Shown piece by piece: positions 26,837-39,710 of a stretch of DNA of 64,000 nucleotides (its first letter is position 1; every line of letters starts with the position of its first letter). A program made the position numbers and the translations under genes. The stretch covers positions 4,774,001 to 4,838,000 of the forward strand of contig JBLDXI010000015.1 in assembly GCA_047495785.1 (NCBI GenBank). The letters run 5' to 3'. Under the pieces are notes generated by a model. It searched no databases, was not told where the DNA came from, and worked only from the letters and a program-made list of their open reading frames with translations. Source of the DNA: Lepidodermella squamata (lineage: Eukaryota > Animalia > Gastrotricha).

Positions 26837-27298
26837 ATGTTTTTAACTAATCTTTTGCTAAGTAATCTCCGTCGCACTTCTCGGAGACGCATGCCTGGAA
26901 ACATGTTCAAAGGGTAGGTCTTATCCCTCATAAATCTTGCCTTTTTATTTCATACATTTGGTTTGATAGCAAAATGCGCTATTGGCCAACTGCTAAACCA
27001 TGGGAGATGCAGTATTACTTCGAAGACGCAATGCGCGAGCAAAGTAACATTCGTTATTTGCAGACTCCATTTATAACGCCGGTGAGTAGTAATTACTGAA
27101 TATTGCCTCTCTTCATCTTTCGCAATTTCATATCCTAATCAGGAGCAAGAATCCTTATACGAGAAGCACGTTGGAGCCGCTATTCGCGAGCATAAGAAGC
27201 TAGAAAACCTTGAAAAACAAGCGAAGAAGTTGGACAAGCCTCACGTCCTTGTTAAAGATGTATTTGCTCACCTCAATGTTACCAAGAGCTGGGAATAA
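26837..27298 (+). CDS. MRPL57: Mitochondrial ribosomal protein mL63 (MRP63); 3 exons, absent from the ORF track
   Basis: The spliced translation is MFLTNLLLSNLRRTSRRRMPGNMFKGKMRY...YLQTPFITPEQE...DVFAHLNVTKSWE*. It matches the family pattern MFLT...PG...GK.R...P..T.EQE...HLNVTK.W. Confidence 0.92.
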
Positions 27299-27397
27299 TA
27301 ATTTCTATAATCAATCATCGCGTTGATTTATATGTATTTTCATGAAAATTAGATCAATTAAACTGAGGATTATTTACGCATTTTGTGTCGACTGCCC

Positions 27398-28875
27398 ATG
27401 ACTGTCTTGAGCAAGCATTATCCGACTATGTCGGAGCTCACGTGCTATGAGCTAGCTCATACCTTGGAACCTAGCTGTTTGAAGTCCTGGTTAATTCTGA
27501 CTTCGAAAGGCATTTTCGCGTCGTTCAAGATATACTCAACGCTCTACCTGGTTTGTTTGTCCGAGTACTTGAATGAAAGAATTGAATTTCAAAATATTTC
27601 TGAATTTAGTTGTCAACGTTGTTACGTGGAGATTTGAAAGGAATGATCTCCTATTTGAAAAGTCGATTCTTGCCTGAGACTCTGCAAAGCACCATATTCT
27701 TGGCTAGCAACTCTGGTTTTTTCTTGATGTATTTCTGTTTGATTCGGTTTGTTAAGGTTTACCGGCGCGTATTGCTGTTGCTAAAAATTAATATATTTCA
27801 GCATTATTACTCGTCGGATGCGATACTACAATTTCCTTGTTGCCGGTATACTAGCTTCCTACACTGCCATTCAGTTGGAGCGTAAAAATAAGCGATCATC
27901 GCTGGCTTCTTACGTTGCTATGTTGGCAAGTGAAACGTTATACAATGTATTGCACGATAAAGGCATTGTAAAGTCCGTCCCATACGGCGAAGCTCTAACT
28001 CTTGGCATTGCTTTTGCATGGCTTTCATTAATGGCACCTGCGAAAATCGACCCCAAACTTCCACAGGACAGCGCTACTTTTGTTATGAGGTATACTTTGC
28101 TGAGATTGAGAAAAACTTTTGATAACATTTCTCATATAGGCTATTGACATCTGTTCCTGCCAACGTCCGATGGCGCCAAATTTTGGCCAAGTTTTTCCCG
28201 AAAACTACTCCGCAGCAAGACCCAGCTCTGCCGCGGGAGATTTCCTGCGCTGGCTACATAGCAGATGGTGTTATTCGTGGTGGGTTAGCTGGATTGGCCC
28301 TGGATTTGCTCACAATTATGCGATCACGTCGTTCTAAATTCAACATAGCAACTTCGAATACTGCTCTACTGACGACTCTCCTTTTTGTCTTCCGATTGTG
28401 TATGAGCCTATCGAAAGCTATACCCAACCTATCACCAATCGCTCGTCGCACGATTAGCGCGTTTATTGCTGCTCTTGCATGGGGTAAACAACAAGGCACC
28501 ATTCCAGCATGGCTCTTTTTCAAGGCGGCTCAACTTTCGTGTTCCAAATTAGCGCCATCTTTCCCGAAACCTGTCCAAAATCAGTTTGGGCTTATTATTT
28601 ATGCGATTTCTACCGGTTATTTATTATATGCGGGTTCTTATGAGCCACACAACATTCGTCCATCTTACTGGTCTTTCTTGAGGAGGCTCACCGGTGGATG
28701 GATCGACGAAATCAACCGGCGCCTTCTTGAGTGCTGGCACCCAGGTGCAAATCAAGTAATTCCATCGCTGAAAGGTTCAGCCGATTGGTGGCCGCAATAC
28801 GACCCATCTGCCACGACGCTGTGCTGTGGACCTAGCGAATCACCGGCTTCCATAATTTCGCAGATTGCAAAATGA
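27398..28875 (+). CDS. TMEM135: Transmembrane protein 135 (peroxisomal/mitochondrial); 4 exons
   Basis: Motifs include MTVLSK...TCYELAHTLEPSC, SFKIYSTLYL, QSTIFLASN, LERKNKRSSLASYV and YAGSYEPHNIRPSYWSFLRRLTGG. Confidence 0.9.
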
Positions 28876-29294
28876 AAGGAAAAATCAAATCACAGTGCTG
28901 CTGACATCACGAAGCTATTTTGATTCGAATTTTGTTACAAATCTTTTGGTATTATTGATGATTCAATGACTGTGGAATGTTTCTTCAACAGTTTTCGCGT
29001 GAAGAGCAAAGTAAATATTTTTGATTACGATCTCGTAGCCTGTTGGCCTGTGAAGAAATAAATATAGAAATGAGCTGAAATAGAGTTGAGCAGCGCCGGT
29101 ATTCTTCATCAAGCGGTACGAGGAATAGTTGGAGCTTTCTCAAGCTCTTGCTAATTTCGGTATACGCCGGGGCGCTCACTGTTGAGAGTTTCAAATTACT
29201 ACGAATTGATATTTGGGCTCTACCTATCGCTTATAATTAATAGTAATTTATTTTGGCATTTGTCGCAACTCTGAACTTCGAAGAAATTGTATCA

Positions 29295-31431
29295 ATGTAC
29301 GAGCAGGACTCGATGGTAATTTGAAAAAGCAAAATGACTCATTTCTGATTTCTATTCCGTTGAAAACAGCTGCTAAAATGCTTGGATTGCCATTCCATTA
29401 TGGAATCGCCTGTTGTGTTAAGCGATTGCGGTCACCACTACTGCCACGTATGTGCCAAGCAAAGCAGGCACTACTGCTTTGCCCCATGCCTTGCTTGCGA
29501 ATCTCCGACACGTAGAAATTTTCAATGCCCCGACACGCTACAGGATATCCAACTAAAGAAGATGGTAGCTTTGGTGAAACCGCCTATTCCGAAGGAAGAG
29601 CTGATATACTGTGACCGCAGAGAGAAGTCGCTCCGCTATCGCCACCCTTACAATGAGTGCGACCACTTACCGCTTGCGCCGGCTAAGTTGTGTCCGCATT
29701 GTGACCTGAAATTCTGCGACCCTTGCTTTCATTGCCATCTGGAGGTTGTCCGACTAGAAATAGGCTGGTTCGGGCATCGCGTTAGTCTAAACAGGCTCAG
29801 TTTACTGGATTATTAGACTCGCTTTTTTATTACCAGCTCAATGAAAGATTTCGATCTGCTATATCCGATTTGATGAAAAGCAACTATGCATGGAAATTCA
29901 ACGAAGCTGTCAACGCTGCTATTCGAAATTCAACTCGAGACTGGTCAGCTGAAATGACCAAGCTTTACGATGCCGCAGCCAATGGCTGCCTGTCTCCCGA
30001 TGAACTTCTCAACTTTCACAAGGAGGTGATTCAAAGAGATAAAGAGGTATTAAATTGTTGTGGTTTGACAGCCAATTTTGGCATGATAAGAACTTTGTTT
30101 TCTAGGTTTGGTGCCTTGAGCAATTATTAGCCGTCCCTTCTAAACCTAGCGACGAAATTGTAAAAGAAGAAAAATTCGCGTTATTTAGTCCAAGATTGGA
30201 ATTCCATGCATTGAGGTACAACCCTCGTAATTACGTAAGCTATTTCCTAATATTTTGACTTGATGTAATTGCAATTTTATTGTATTTTAAGAGACCGAGT
30301 GAGGACATTCGATTCGAAAAAGCTCTCTTCACTGGTTCAATCAGTGAAATGCGAAAAATTCTTCGTCATCCAAATTTGCCGCAAGCCTGCAAGCCTTTCT
30401 TGCTGTCTCGCTGTTACTTCCGAGAAGTGAAAGAAAGCAACTGGGAGACTTATTCGATGTTTGGCAATGCCCTTCACCACGCCGCTTGGTTCGGTGATAA
30501 CGTTGGGATGATTCGATATCTGGTCAAGCATGGGGCGAACGTCGAATCAAGGGCGCCTTTTTTCTGCCGAAGTGACAGCTGGCCAATGGCAATTCACATT
30601 TCCGCCTGTTTCGGCGAATTTGAAGCTGTTAAATTTTTCATTGATCACGATCCGAGCCTCTTAGAGACTACAGATTGCCATGGACGCACCTTGCTGATGA
30701 TTGCTTGCGAAATTGCTAACCTCGAAATGGTCAAATATTTGTGGATTGAAAAAGGAGCAAACATTGATCGAGTTAGTCAGTTCAACAGAACAGCTCTGAG
30801 CTCTCCACTCGAGAGCATTGAGAGTGAAATCCTTCGTACTCAAAAAGAGTATGCCGCTATCGTGAAATTTATCGTTGATTCGGACCCTGAAATCATATTT
30901 CGGCAAAATTTGATCAAAAATGCGATTGCTTGGGCGGTTGCTTACAACGAGTTTGATACGATGCGGGCGATTCTCGATAGAAAACCAGAAGCTGCCGGAT
31001 ACTGCCGCTACACCGAACGCGATCTGACCCTGTTGATTATAGCTGCGGCGAAAGGTCACGTCGAAATAGCTGACTATTTGCTGACCAATTTCAGGACCAT
31101 TCATGAGGAATGCCGTGTTTGGTACTCGTGTACTTCAAAGGGGCGAACTCCGCTGCATTACGCAGCCGAGTATGGCCGGTTAGAAATGGTGAAGCTGTTG
31201 GTAGGCAAATGGAAGGCTAACTGCAGGGAGAAATCGTTTTTTATGGACGATGAACGCATGCCGATTGAACTGGCTTATCTGAGAAAACACACCAAAGTTG
31301 TTTCATACTTCACTGAACTCTTTCCTAAACTGGCGAAGAGGCTAGAATACTGTCGTAAGAGCTTTCACGGCAGCTTTGAATCAATGTACAGTCTAAGCGG
31401 TTCGGAGGAGGATGCTGCTTCTGCTTCTTGA
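29295..31431 (+). CDS. RING - B-box-like - coiled coil - ankyrin repeat protein (TRIM-like E3 ligase); 5 exons
   Basis: It begins MYEQDSM|LLKCLDC...SDCGHHYCHVC...CLAC (C3HC4 RING), followed by CPHCDLKFCDPCFHCH (B-box-like) and a helical region. In-frame splices (DKE|VWC and RNY|RPSED) lead into an ankyrin exon containing GNALHHAA, GRTLLMIAC and GRTPLHYAAEYG. Confidence 0.75.
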
Positions 31432-31575
31432 AGCCGTAAAAAAACTATGGTCTAATTTTACGATTTCAGTTTTTCATCATGTTGCAATTTTAAAGCTCTT
31501 CTATCGCGACCATTGAAAAGGAAAATAAAGTTTTGAGAAATTTAGCCAGAAGCTCTTACCATTTCGATCACGACT

Positions 31576-32219
31576 CACAGCAGTAACTATGCATGCGACA
31601 GCCATGAGTCATAGCTCATTCGATAGCTAATTAATTCACAGTTGTTCTGAGATCAAAACTTGACACTGTGACTCATCCAGCTTAACAGTTTTTCATTTTA
31701 GTGAAACCCACCGCGAAAAATACATATTATAATCCATTTCTCCACGACTCACTGAACTTTTTGAAAGTCTTCTAAAACGGTAAGGATGGTTACTGTTGGC
31801 CCTAAGGGCTTACCAGAAAGTCATTGCATTGTAACGTTAATGTGAGCGTTGACATTTGACTTGAAAGTTGGAATGTTGAACATCGAACATGAACATGAAA
31901 ATTCCGATTTTTCAACTTTTGCACCGATTTGGAGAATTTTTGGGCGCATCGAGATGGATGAGCTTATCTTATGAGATTCAATTTTTCTTAATACCTAAAA
32001 CACCCTGGAAGGCGAAAGTGAGCAAAATGGCTCATACCTAAGATTGAAAAATGTCGAAAAATAAAGCTGATTTACCCAAAAAATACCCAGTTTTACTGAA
32101 ATGCCCCGTGCTTATGCTATTCGAACGGCAAAGTGACGTGTTTAGGGTCGAACAAATTGCGAATGAATTATCTGTCAAATGAGCTCATGGCCGTCGCGCA
32201 TGCCACAGCTACTGCTGTG
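31576..32219. mobile_element. Degenerate non-autonomous DNA transposon (MITE-like), about 645 bp, with imperfect TIRs of about 70 bp
   Basis: The left end is CACAGCAGTAACTATGCATGCGACAGCCATGAG...AGCTCATTCGATAGCTAATTAATTCACAGTTGTT. The reverse complement of the right end is CACAGCAGTAGCTGTGGCATGCGCGACGGCCATGAGCTCATTTGACAGATAATTCATTCGCAATTTGTT. There is no ORF and no clear TSD. Confidence 0.65.
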
Positions 32220-32372
32220 GATCCCTTGCAAATATTCCTATAGTATGTAAATCAATCTGCAGATGTAAACATGCCAAATAGTTTATTTTTCCAACACGAG
32301 CAACAAAACATAATTTTGTGTTCTAAGAAAGATCGTTTGAATCAAAGAGAAGCTGCGCTGAAGATCTGCTGT

Positions 32373-35300
32373 TTAATATTGCGTGAAGTACGGCGAGGTC
32401 GGAGCATTGTTCTGGATAGGCGGCCTCGGCAGAGAGTGGGCGTTGTACTTGATATCGCTGTAGCCTCTCCCAACAGATTGCTCAGGTCCGTATTGCGGTA
32501 TGTCATTTCTACTGCGGGGTCGATAGTGGACATTGCCGCCGGGTATGTTGCTTGGATTATATCCTGCAGCGCTTTGCGTGCTTTGATCTAGCAGTTCCTG
32601 GTTATCCGCAGACGACGATGCGCGCATGCTGTGAGATAGCAACGGCGCGGCGCTCGAAGGCGACTGCCGCCGAACAAGATCTCGGTTGCTACCAGCCAAA
32701 CGCGACTCGTGACTCGTCCGACTTCGAATACTGCTTTGCTGGCTATTCAAAGGCTGTTGCTGCTGCGGAGGCGCGGGCTGTGGACGAGGCCTGTTAGGCG
32801 ATGCCGGCGGTTTCGTCGATTTTACGTTCATGATCAATTTGCATTGGCTTAACATTTGCTTGCCGAACGTAGCACTGGCAGTGGTTTTCGTCTGGCGGCG
32901 CTTGATGCGATAACAGAATTCGAAAATGGACAGGAAAATGCCGATGGCGAGGCCGATGACAAGGCACGCGAAAACACCACCGACCTGACTGATGCCAAGT
33001 TGCGACGTTGATGTCTTGGACACGTCCGAAGTGTCGCATTTCCCATTAGGACCCAGCTTCTCAATCGACTTCTCAACCCACCAACGTATTTTCAGTAAAT
33101 GCAAAAATTGATCCTCTTGCAGTTTAAGAATCGCGTTGCTAATGTCCTCGCGGAGAGGCGATCCCCTCGGCAACCCGACGCCGTAGCCTTTCGAATCGAG
33201 CAGACCGCCGACCTGCATCAAATCGCAATCGCGTTGAACTTGATATTCGATCATAGTCGATTCCATCAAAAACGCGTAACTGCCTTGTTTAACCTTGTTA
33301 ATGCCATCGGCTGACGAATTCACGAAGACTGTAGGTTGCGTCGTCGACATGTAATTCCACATTTTCTCGTAGGTTGGAATTTTCGAGTTCTAAACATATT
33401 CCAGAATGAACTTTCGTGGAACAATTTTTGGAATTACGCTTACCTTGAAGAAGATCATGGTCGATCCACTCGACCTTGTACCGTATTTGATATCCGACTG
33501 CTTGGCCAAATCTTCAGCGGAAGTTATTTCGGTTTGCAATCGTTCAATTGTCAAAAAAGCAGCCAAGTTGGCAGTGTAAGAACTAATGATGATGAGCGTG
33601 AAGAAAGACCACACACTTCCGATGATGCGCGTCGAGAAGGCCCGAGGCGCAATATCGCAGCCTTGCTGCATCAGCGACGAAATCGTGAACCACAGCGAAT
33701 TGAATAGAGTGAACTGGTTTTCGACGGTTGCGGGGTTCGGCTCGTGCTGACATGCCGGTTTGCGCACCCATTCGTAGGGCGTCACCCGCGCAACAATGTA
33801 CAAAACGATTGAGGTGGCGACGTAAGCGCCCAAAACATACACCCAAACTTGAGCTTCGAGCGGCTTCATGAAACTGAATAAAGTCGGGGGTGGCTGTTTG
33901 GGCTTTCGGTATAAAATCGAAATTCCCAAATTCATGTAAGGGGTGGTGAAATCGATGACCTGCTCGCGAATGTACTGTTAAATAGGAAAACAAATAAATC
34001 AAATCGGATGTTGGGAAACTTCGATATCTAGTTTTACCGTAATTGTCAAAGGAGCGATGGCTACGTCAGCTTTTTTTGATAGCAGCTCGCCAACCATACC
34101 GTTCCACCTCATTGCACTCGGATCAACCGGGGCGCCGTACTGCCCATCGTCAACAAGTTTCATTTCGTATTTAAAATGCAGAACCTCGGCTAGTTTTTCC
34201 ATTAGATCAACACAGTAGCCTTCGAACCGCGCGTTTCCCTCAAGGATTTGACCCGGCTTCGGTTTCCGGAACATGACAAATGGCTCCTCGATGATTGTCG
34301 TAACAATTAGCGTTTTATTTCGGAAATACGGCTCCGATTCTTTGCGAACTTGTTGGAGCGCGGCTAGGATTCGAATTCCGCCGTTGTTTGGCTTCCATTC
34401 GGCGTATCGCTCCGGGGAGCCATCTTGCCGGTTCACCCTGGTGACATCTAATGGCACAGCAGTACGCCAACCTCGCTCGTCAATCGCAACTTGGCCAGTC
34501 AACCCTGACAAGCCTGCGGTCTAATATAACGAGAAATTAAAATTGAAGGATTCAGTTTGCAAACTGAAAGTAGCTTCTCACCGTTCGCATAAAGTTGAGA
34601 AGATTTTCGCCAACAGCTTTGTAAGCAGTTGATTCTTGCCGATCACAAATAACCGGACCTTATTGAATAAAAGTTGGATATATCTAGTACTGGGTGACTT
34701 CAAATGGCGTTACTTGAATCAATTTTTTGCACTCGGGAGAGATTTCCGATCGCACTTGCCATCGATAGGACTCCGTCGAATAGGAATAAATCAGCAGCCT
34801 AACATCATAATCAGAAAACAATTGCAATGTTTTCATACTTTTTTTTAATTTACCGTCCAACGTCGCTTTTGTCTGGGCTTGCTGGCGGAGCTGCGATCAG
34901 GTGTGTAAGAAGGTTGAAGCTGAACTTGCATCATTCTATCTTCAGCTGCCTGAACGTTGACAGTCTGATTCGCCAACTGCAGATACGTAATGTTTGCTCC
35001 TCCGTACCAGTAAGGAGCGTAGTCGACCAGGTTGGCGTCAAGCGAAGTGAAAAAGTAGTGAAAGTAAACGTTGAGCATGTTCACCTGCAACGCTTGCTGC
35101 AAAAAGCTGCTAATTGTTGACGCCCTACAATCGATGACAAAGCGCGACACGCCGCTTTCACGCAGATCTTTCAACAGCGGACGGTAATCAGTAGTGCCGG
35201 GAACAGCCGGGCGCAGTTGACGAAGAAAGACACTAAAAATAAAGCAAAATATTGTCTGCTCCTCAATTAAGTAGCCAAGTTTTACTGATAAGAAATGGCT

Positions 35301-36208
35301 TGAGAACCGATTCGAGAATTTTCGCCGGAGCTTGCACCCTTGGGCGGCATTGTATTAGCAGCTGTGTGTTCTGCTTGGCTTTCCAAGTAAAAATCCGATA
35401 CACGAGGCCGGCCGAGATGCAGCAAAGTTTGCAAGTAAGCCAAAGCTGAGTCACACAAAATCGCAAATAAAAACTGAAAATTCCATTTGACCGTTTCTTA
35501 CCATTCGGATCTTCGTAGATTATCGTGAATGAGTCCCACTTTTCGGCGACAATGTAGTCTTCAATGGCCGATGCGATGAAATCTTGCCTCGGCCGGATAA
35601 CCACGCTGGTTGAATCGCTCAACATCAAAGGTGGTGGTTGGGGCGATGGTGCCGGCGGCTGTCCCGAAGTAGGCCGCACATTGATCGCACTGCCGGCTCC
35701 TGCTGGCGAAGTTCCTGGACGCGAGGCGATAATAGCCTCTGAACTTGAAACTGTCGGGTCGTTGGTGATGGAAGCCGGCAATATTGTCAACACGCCGTAT
35801 TTCGTGCCGATAGACGCGACCAGCGGTGCCATGCTAGGTACAGAGGGTGCCACGAGGGCTACAACCCCCTGGCCTAGCAAGGAGCAAGCTTTTTCGTAAA
35901 GGTTCAAAAACGACACTCCCGTTTCGTAGACCGGTAGAATGATCACTCGTCCTGTAACCTGATTCATCCGAGCGTAAAGCAAGGCCATGTCAAGGACCTC
36001 CCCTATCGTTCCGTTCCGAGTCGACAGCATGTCGATTGGCTCATTCGTTCCGGTCGGTGGGTTTTCTACCAGAACTCCTATTAAAAATTATGATAAATAA
36101 TTATTCAAACCCAAATCGATGCAGCAATATACCTATTTTAGCCGTTTCTTGAGCCAAGCTTACTGATGTCAGCAGCGTTACAATTAATATCAATTTCGCA
36201 CCAACCAT
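32373..36208 (-). CDS. Ionotropic glutamate receptor, kainate-like; multi-exon
   Basis: The signal peptide is MVGAKLILIVTLLTSVSLA. The ATD contains DYRPLLKDLRESGVSRFVIDC. Other motifs are EEPFVM, FEGYCVDL, APLTIT|YIREQVIDFT, SLMQQG, SYTANLAAFLT, GSTMIFF, FLMESTMIEY and GGLLDSKGYG. Confidence 0.95.
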
Positions 36209-39200
36209 CTTGGCCACAAAGACTAAACTGAAGTTGACAAGCCAGTCGTTCGGCTGATAATTCGGGGTTTACGAGACATTTTCATTTACGTTTGTTACGA
36301 AGAATCTGTTGCAATGCAGCCGATACGGTAAGAGAAAATACTACCTAGAAGAGACGGACAAATCAGCGCAAAAAATAAGGGCAAAAATATGGATCGTATT
36401 TAAAACGTGCTTGGCACTGTTTATTGCCGGGTTATGCAACTGGACGAGGAAAATTTGGCGCCGATTATAAATATAATAACGTTCCAACACGCTGAGTTCG
36501 CACATTGCGGGGTATTATTTAAGTGGGTTACCTCATAACTCGGCCATAATTTACTCAATAAAAAATGAAGAGACAAAATGCTGGCTGTTGCGGTATTTCC
36601 GGCTTGTAAAAAGCGGCAACGCGCAACTAGGAGAGGCTTCACCACGCGCGTAGGCACGTGCTATCTCGGGCGGCCGGCGCGCGTAAACGAGATGCGCGCC
36701 GCTCATAATGTATATGATAGCGTAAAATGTATTGATAAAACCTGCGCGTTCACTTGCCACCTAGCTCTATTAGGGGCAGCAAATAACAGACATGATATTA
36801 ATGCTGCTCCACTTAGCTGAAGATATCATCGTGCTATGCGAAGGGCCGCGATGAGCAGCACCTCCGCCTCCTGTCGGGCGTTATAGCGCTGAAAAATGAA
36901 ATGTAGCTCGCCAATAAACAGCCGCCAGGAAACAGCAGCAGATGGTGTAGATAAACCAATGATAATAATTGTGGCTTATTTAGTTGCCCAGCATGCCAAC
37001 CCACAAGCAACTTGATGCACCGGGCGAGGTTCAAAACAACCCGAGCGTGTGTAGTGATTTTTTTACCAATGAAACAAGTTTATTTAGCTAGGTGGTGGTG
37101 CAGCCGGCAACTTGACGGCTGAAAATCTGCCCTCGTTCGCAAGACACATTTTTTACACCATAACGATGGACCCATCTCCAGCGCGATCTTGAACCTAATT
37201 TTACAAAGATCGCGCCGACTTGCGACTCAGTCAAAGCAAAAAAATGTTCACGTTCAAGTTGGCTTGTCGAAAATGGTGAGGTTTGCTGGAACTATCTGCG
37301 AACCAACATTCCAATTAAATTCCACTCCGCAAACCTCACTGAGGATGAGCGAATCCGGCAATGACTAAGATCAGTCAACCTGGGGCAAAGAAGATGTTCC
37401 CAAATTCAAAATGTAACAGATATTCTAATCAAGATAAGAATTCGACACAAGGTGCAAGGGTTTTGTTGCTAAAATTCTTGTTCCTATAGCTCGCGTAATA
37501 GGCAGGTCTATTGGACACTTGGACACAAGACGAGACACTAGAAATATGCTATAAGGACGTTAAGAAAATGCAGATATAAGTATGGAGTGTAGCGTATAAG
37601 TGATATCAACTTCCATGAAACGAAATTTAATTAACAGCTGGTAGAATCTACGCTGAAAATGAATATAAAATGTTTAGCCTCCTACGATGGAACTATCCAG
37701 TTTTTGGTGTCTCGATGCCGGCAAATTGGAAAGATGGGTCACACAAATCGTCGCCATCAAATCGAAATTTTGGAAATATCGTTGCCGTTAGCTATAAGTT
37801 AAAGATGCTGAAAGTTGAGAACATCATCGACGTAATCAAAGATTAAAAAATTCAGGACGACTCATAATTCGCCAGCCTTCGTTTCTGTAGATCTATGTGA
37901 TATATTATCGCCCTAGTGGCTGACCTAACTCGAATTGGATCTTGTTGCGCAGCTGAAATAACTTGTTGGTAACCTCCAAAATAGTACAACATCTATTTGT
38001 GGCCAGTAGTGTTTCTGGTAAATATTTCATGTGATATTATTGTCGATGTTTTCGGGCGTACATGTCAGCTTTTGAAGTTATCTTGTGCCGCCGTCAGCTT
38101 TTTGGCGCGTTATTAATATCATGCGACACAGACAGTGTGTGGCAGAGATTTTGAATTTTAGAGTATATCGCAACCGGCGGGAGCGCAAATTTCTCACCCC
38201 GTTGGGAGAATAAAATGTAACATTGTCATTTTTGTTACATTTCCCCAAGTGTGAATTCTTCTTCTCGCCTGAATATCATGAATCCAGACAAATCTTCAAT
38301 CAAGCAGCTCTAATGGCATTCACTAACCATAGCGAGACATTGGTATCAGCGCGGCATTCATCCGCAATGAAAACAGCGCAGAATCATTAATCATCGCAAT
38401 TCAATTTGATTTATTGACGTTTATATCATGATTTTAGAACAACTAATGAAAGAAGATGATAAACGCAATTTGTTACAACGTGCCTCGGGTGCGGTTTCGT
38501 TTGATTGATTTCGAGGTTGATTGCCTCGCGCAATCATAACCATGAAAGGTTATAAAGGTTATACCCATTAACCGCACATATAAAAGCCTGGCATCTCACC
38601 CCGGCCTGATGTTCATTGACGTTGAGCTACCTTCTTGCTTTATACTGGATATCCTTTTTTTCTTCCTTGAATTGTGAGCATGAGTGAGGCACAACGCAGA
38701 CTATTAACGTGAAGTACCTTTGCGATCAAGGCAAAAAACAATCGTTTATTTGCTCAAGTTTTTACGCAACTCTAATAGGCTTCATCTTTCAAGCCCATAA
38801 AACTATTTTTGTACGTCATCGATTTGCGCATGATATGATTTCATCCGTTCATAAAAGCGGTTGTTCGAGCATTCGAACGTTCGATAACAGCAATCACTGC
38901 TCAAAACTGTTACGTCATCGTGCTGAAAAATAGCCGTCGTCGTAAATATGTTTTCAGAGGTAAATAACTTGCATCTGCGCAGTGTTATTTCTAACCTCCC
39001 GCCTATCCGCCTCCGAGCTGTACCTACATATATGCGCCGAGGGTCTTGAACACCTTAGCAACAGCCGGACTGTTATGTCTGCACATTATAAGGTCTCGAT
39101 GCTTTTTTTGCTTACATACGCAGGCGGCTTACAAGAGTTGTTACAAGTCTTCGTAGAAATGGGCGTTAATCCTTAGGCATCTGACGTAGACGGAATAACT

Positions 39201-39710
39201 CGTGACTTATATTACTTATGCGCGTTTTTTTCGGCGCGTTCAAGAGCGCTTATAAATACGGGAGATGGGAGTAGTTATATTCAGGTCAAACAAAAAATCA
39301 GCCGAGTTGCGCCGCCTCGGGTGGGTTTCAAGCGTCCGGCTCAAATGCGGTGTGTATTTCCATTTATCTTGCGTTTTTTTTTATATATTATAACGTAACC
39401 CCGCTGTTATAGAGAGAGTATTAGACGCTGGGTAAATTCGCATTTTCCGCAGACACCGCTCGAGCGTACACAACAACGAAAAGATTCACCTTTAACTGTT
39501 ATTATAGATGTATAGATACTAATGTACTCGATACCGCTTGTTTGCTCTTCGGTACACTTTTATTGCGCATATTTCCGCATTTATCAAGGCTCCCGCTCCA
39601 ACATCCGCCTTTACTTATATTCCCATCTTTCATATCCTATTTAAGGACTAATTCTCACTATTTTGTAGATTTTTATTACAATTCTCAACTTCTCTCATCT
39701 CAATTAAATC

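Noticed and set aside
37181-38242. Two 10-bp hairpins (37181-37215 and 38213-38242)
   Set aside because: They are short and isolated, and could arise by chance or from decayed repeats.
39080-39650. CArG/MEF2-like sites upstream of myophilin
   Set aside because: Only mismatched matches occur, in AT-rich DNA, so they cannot be told apart from chance.
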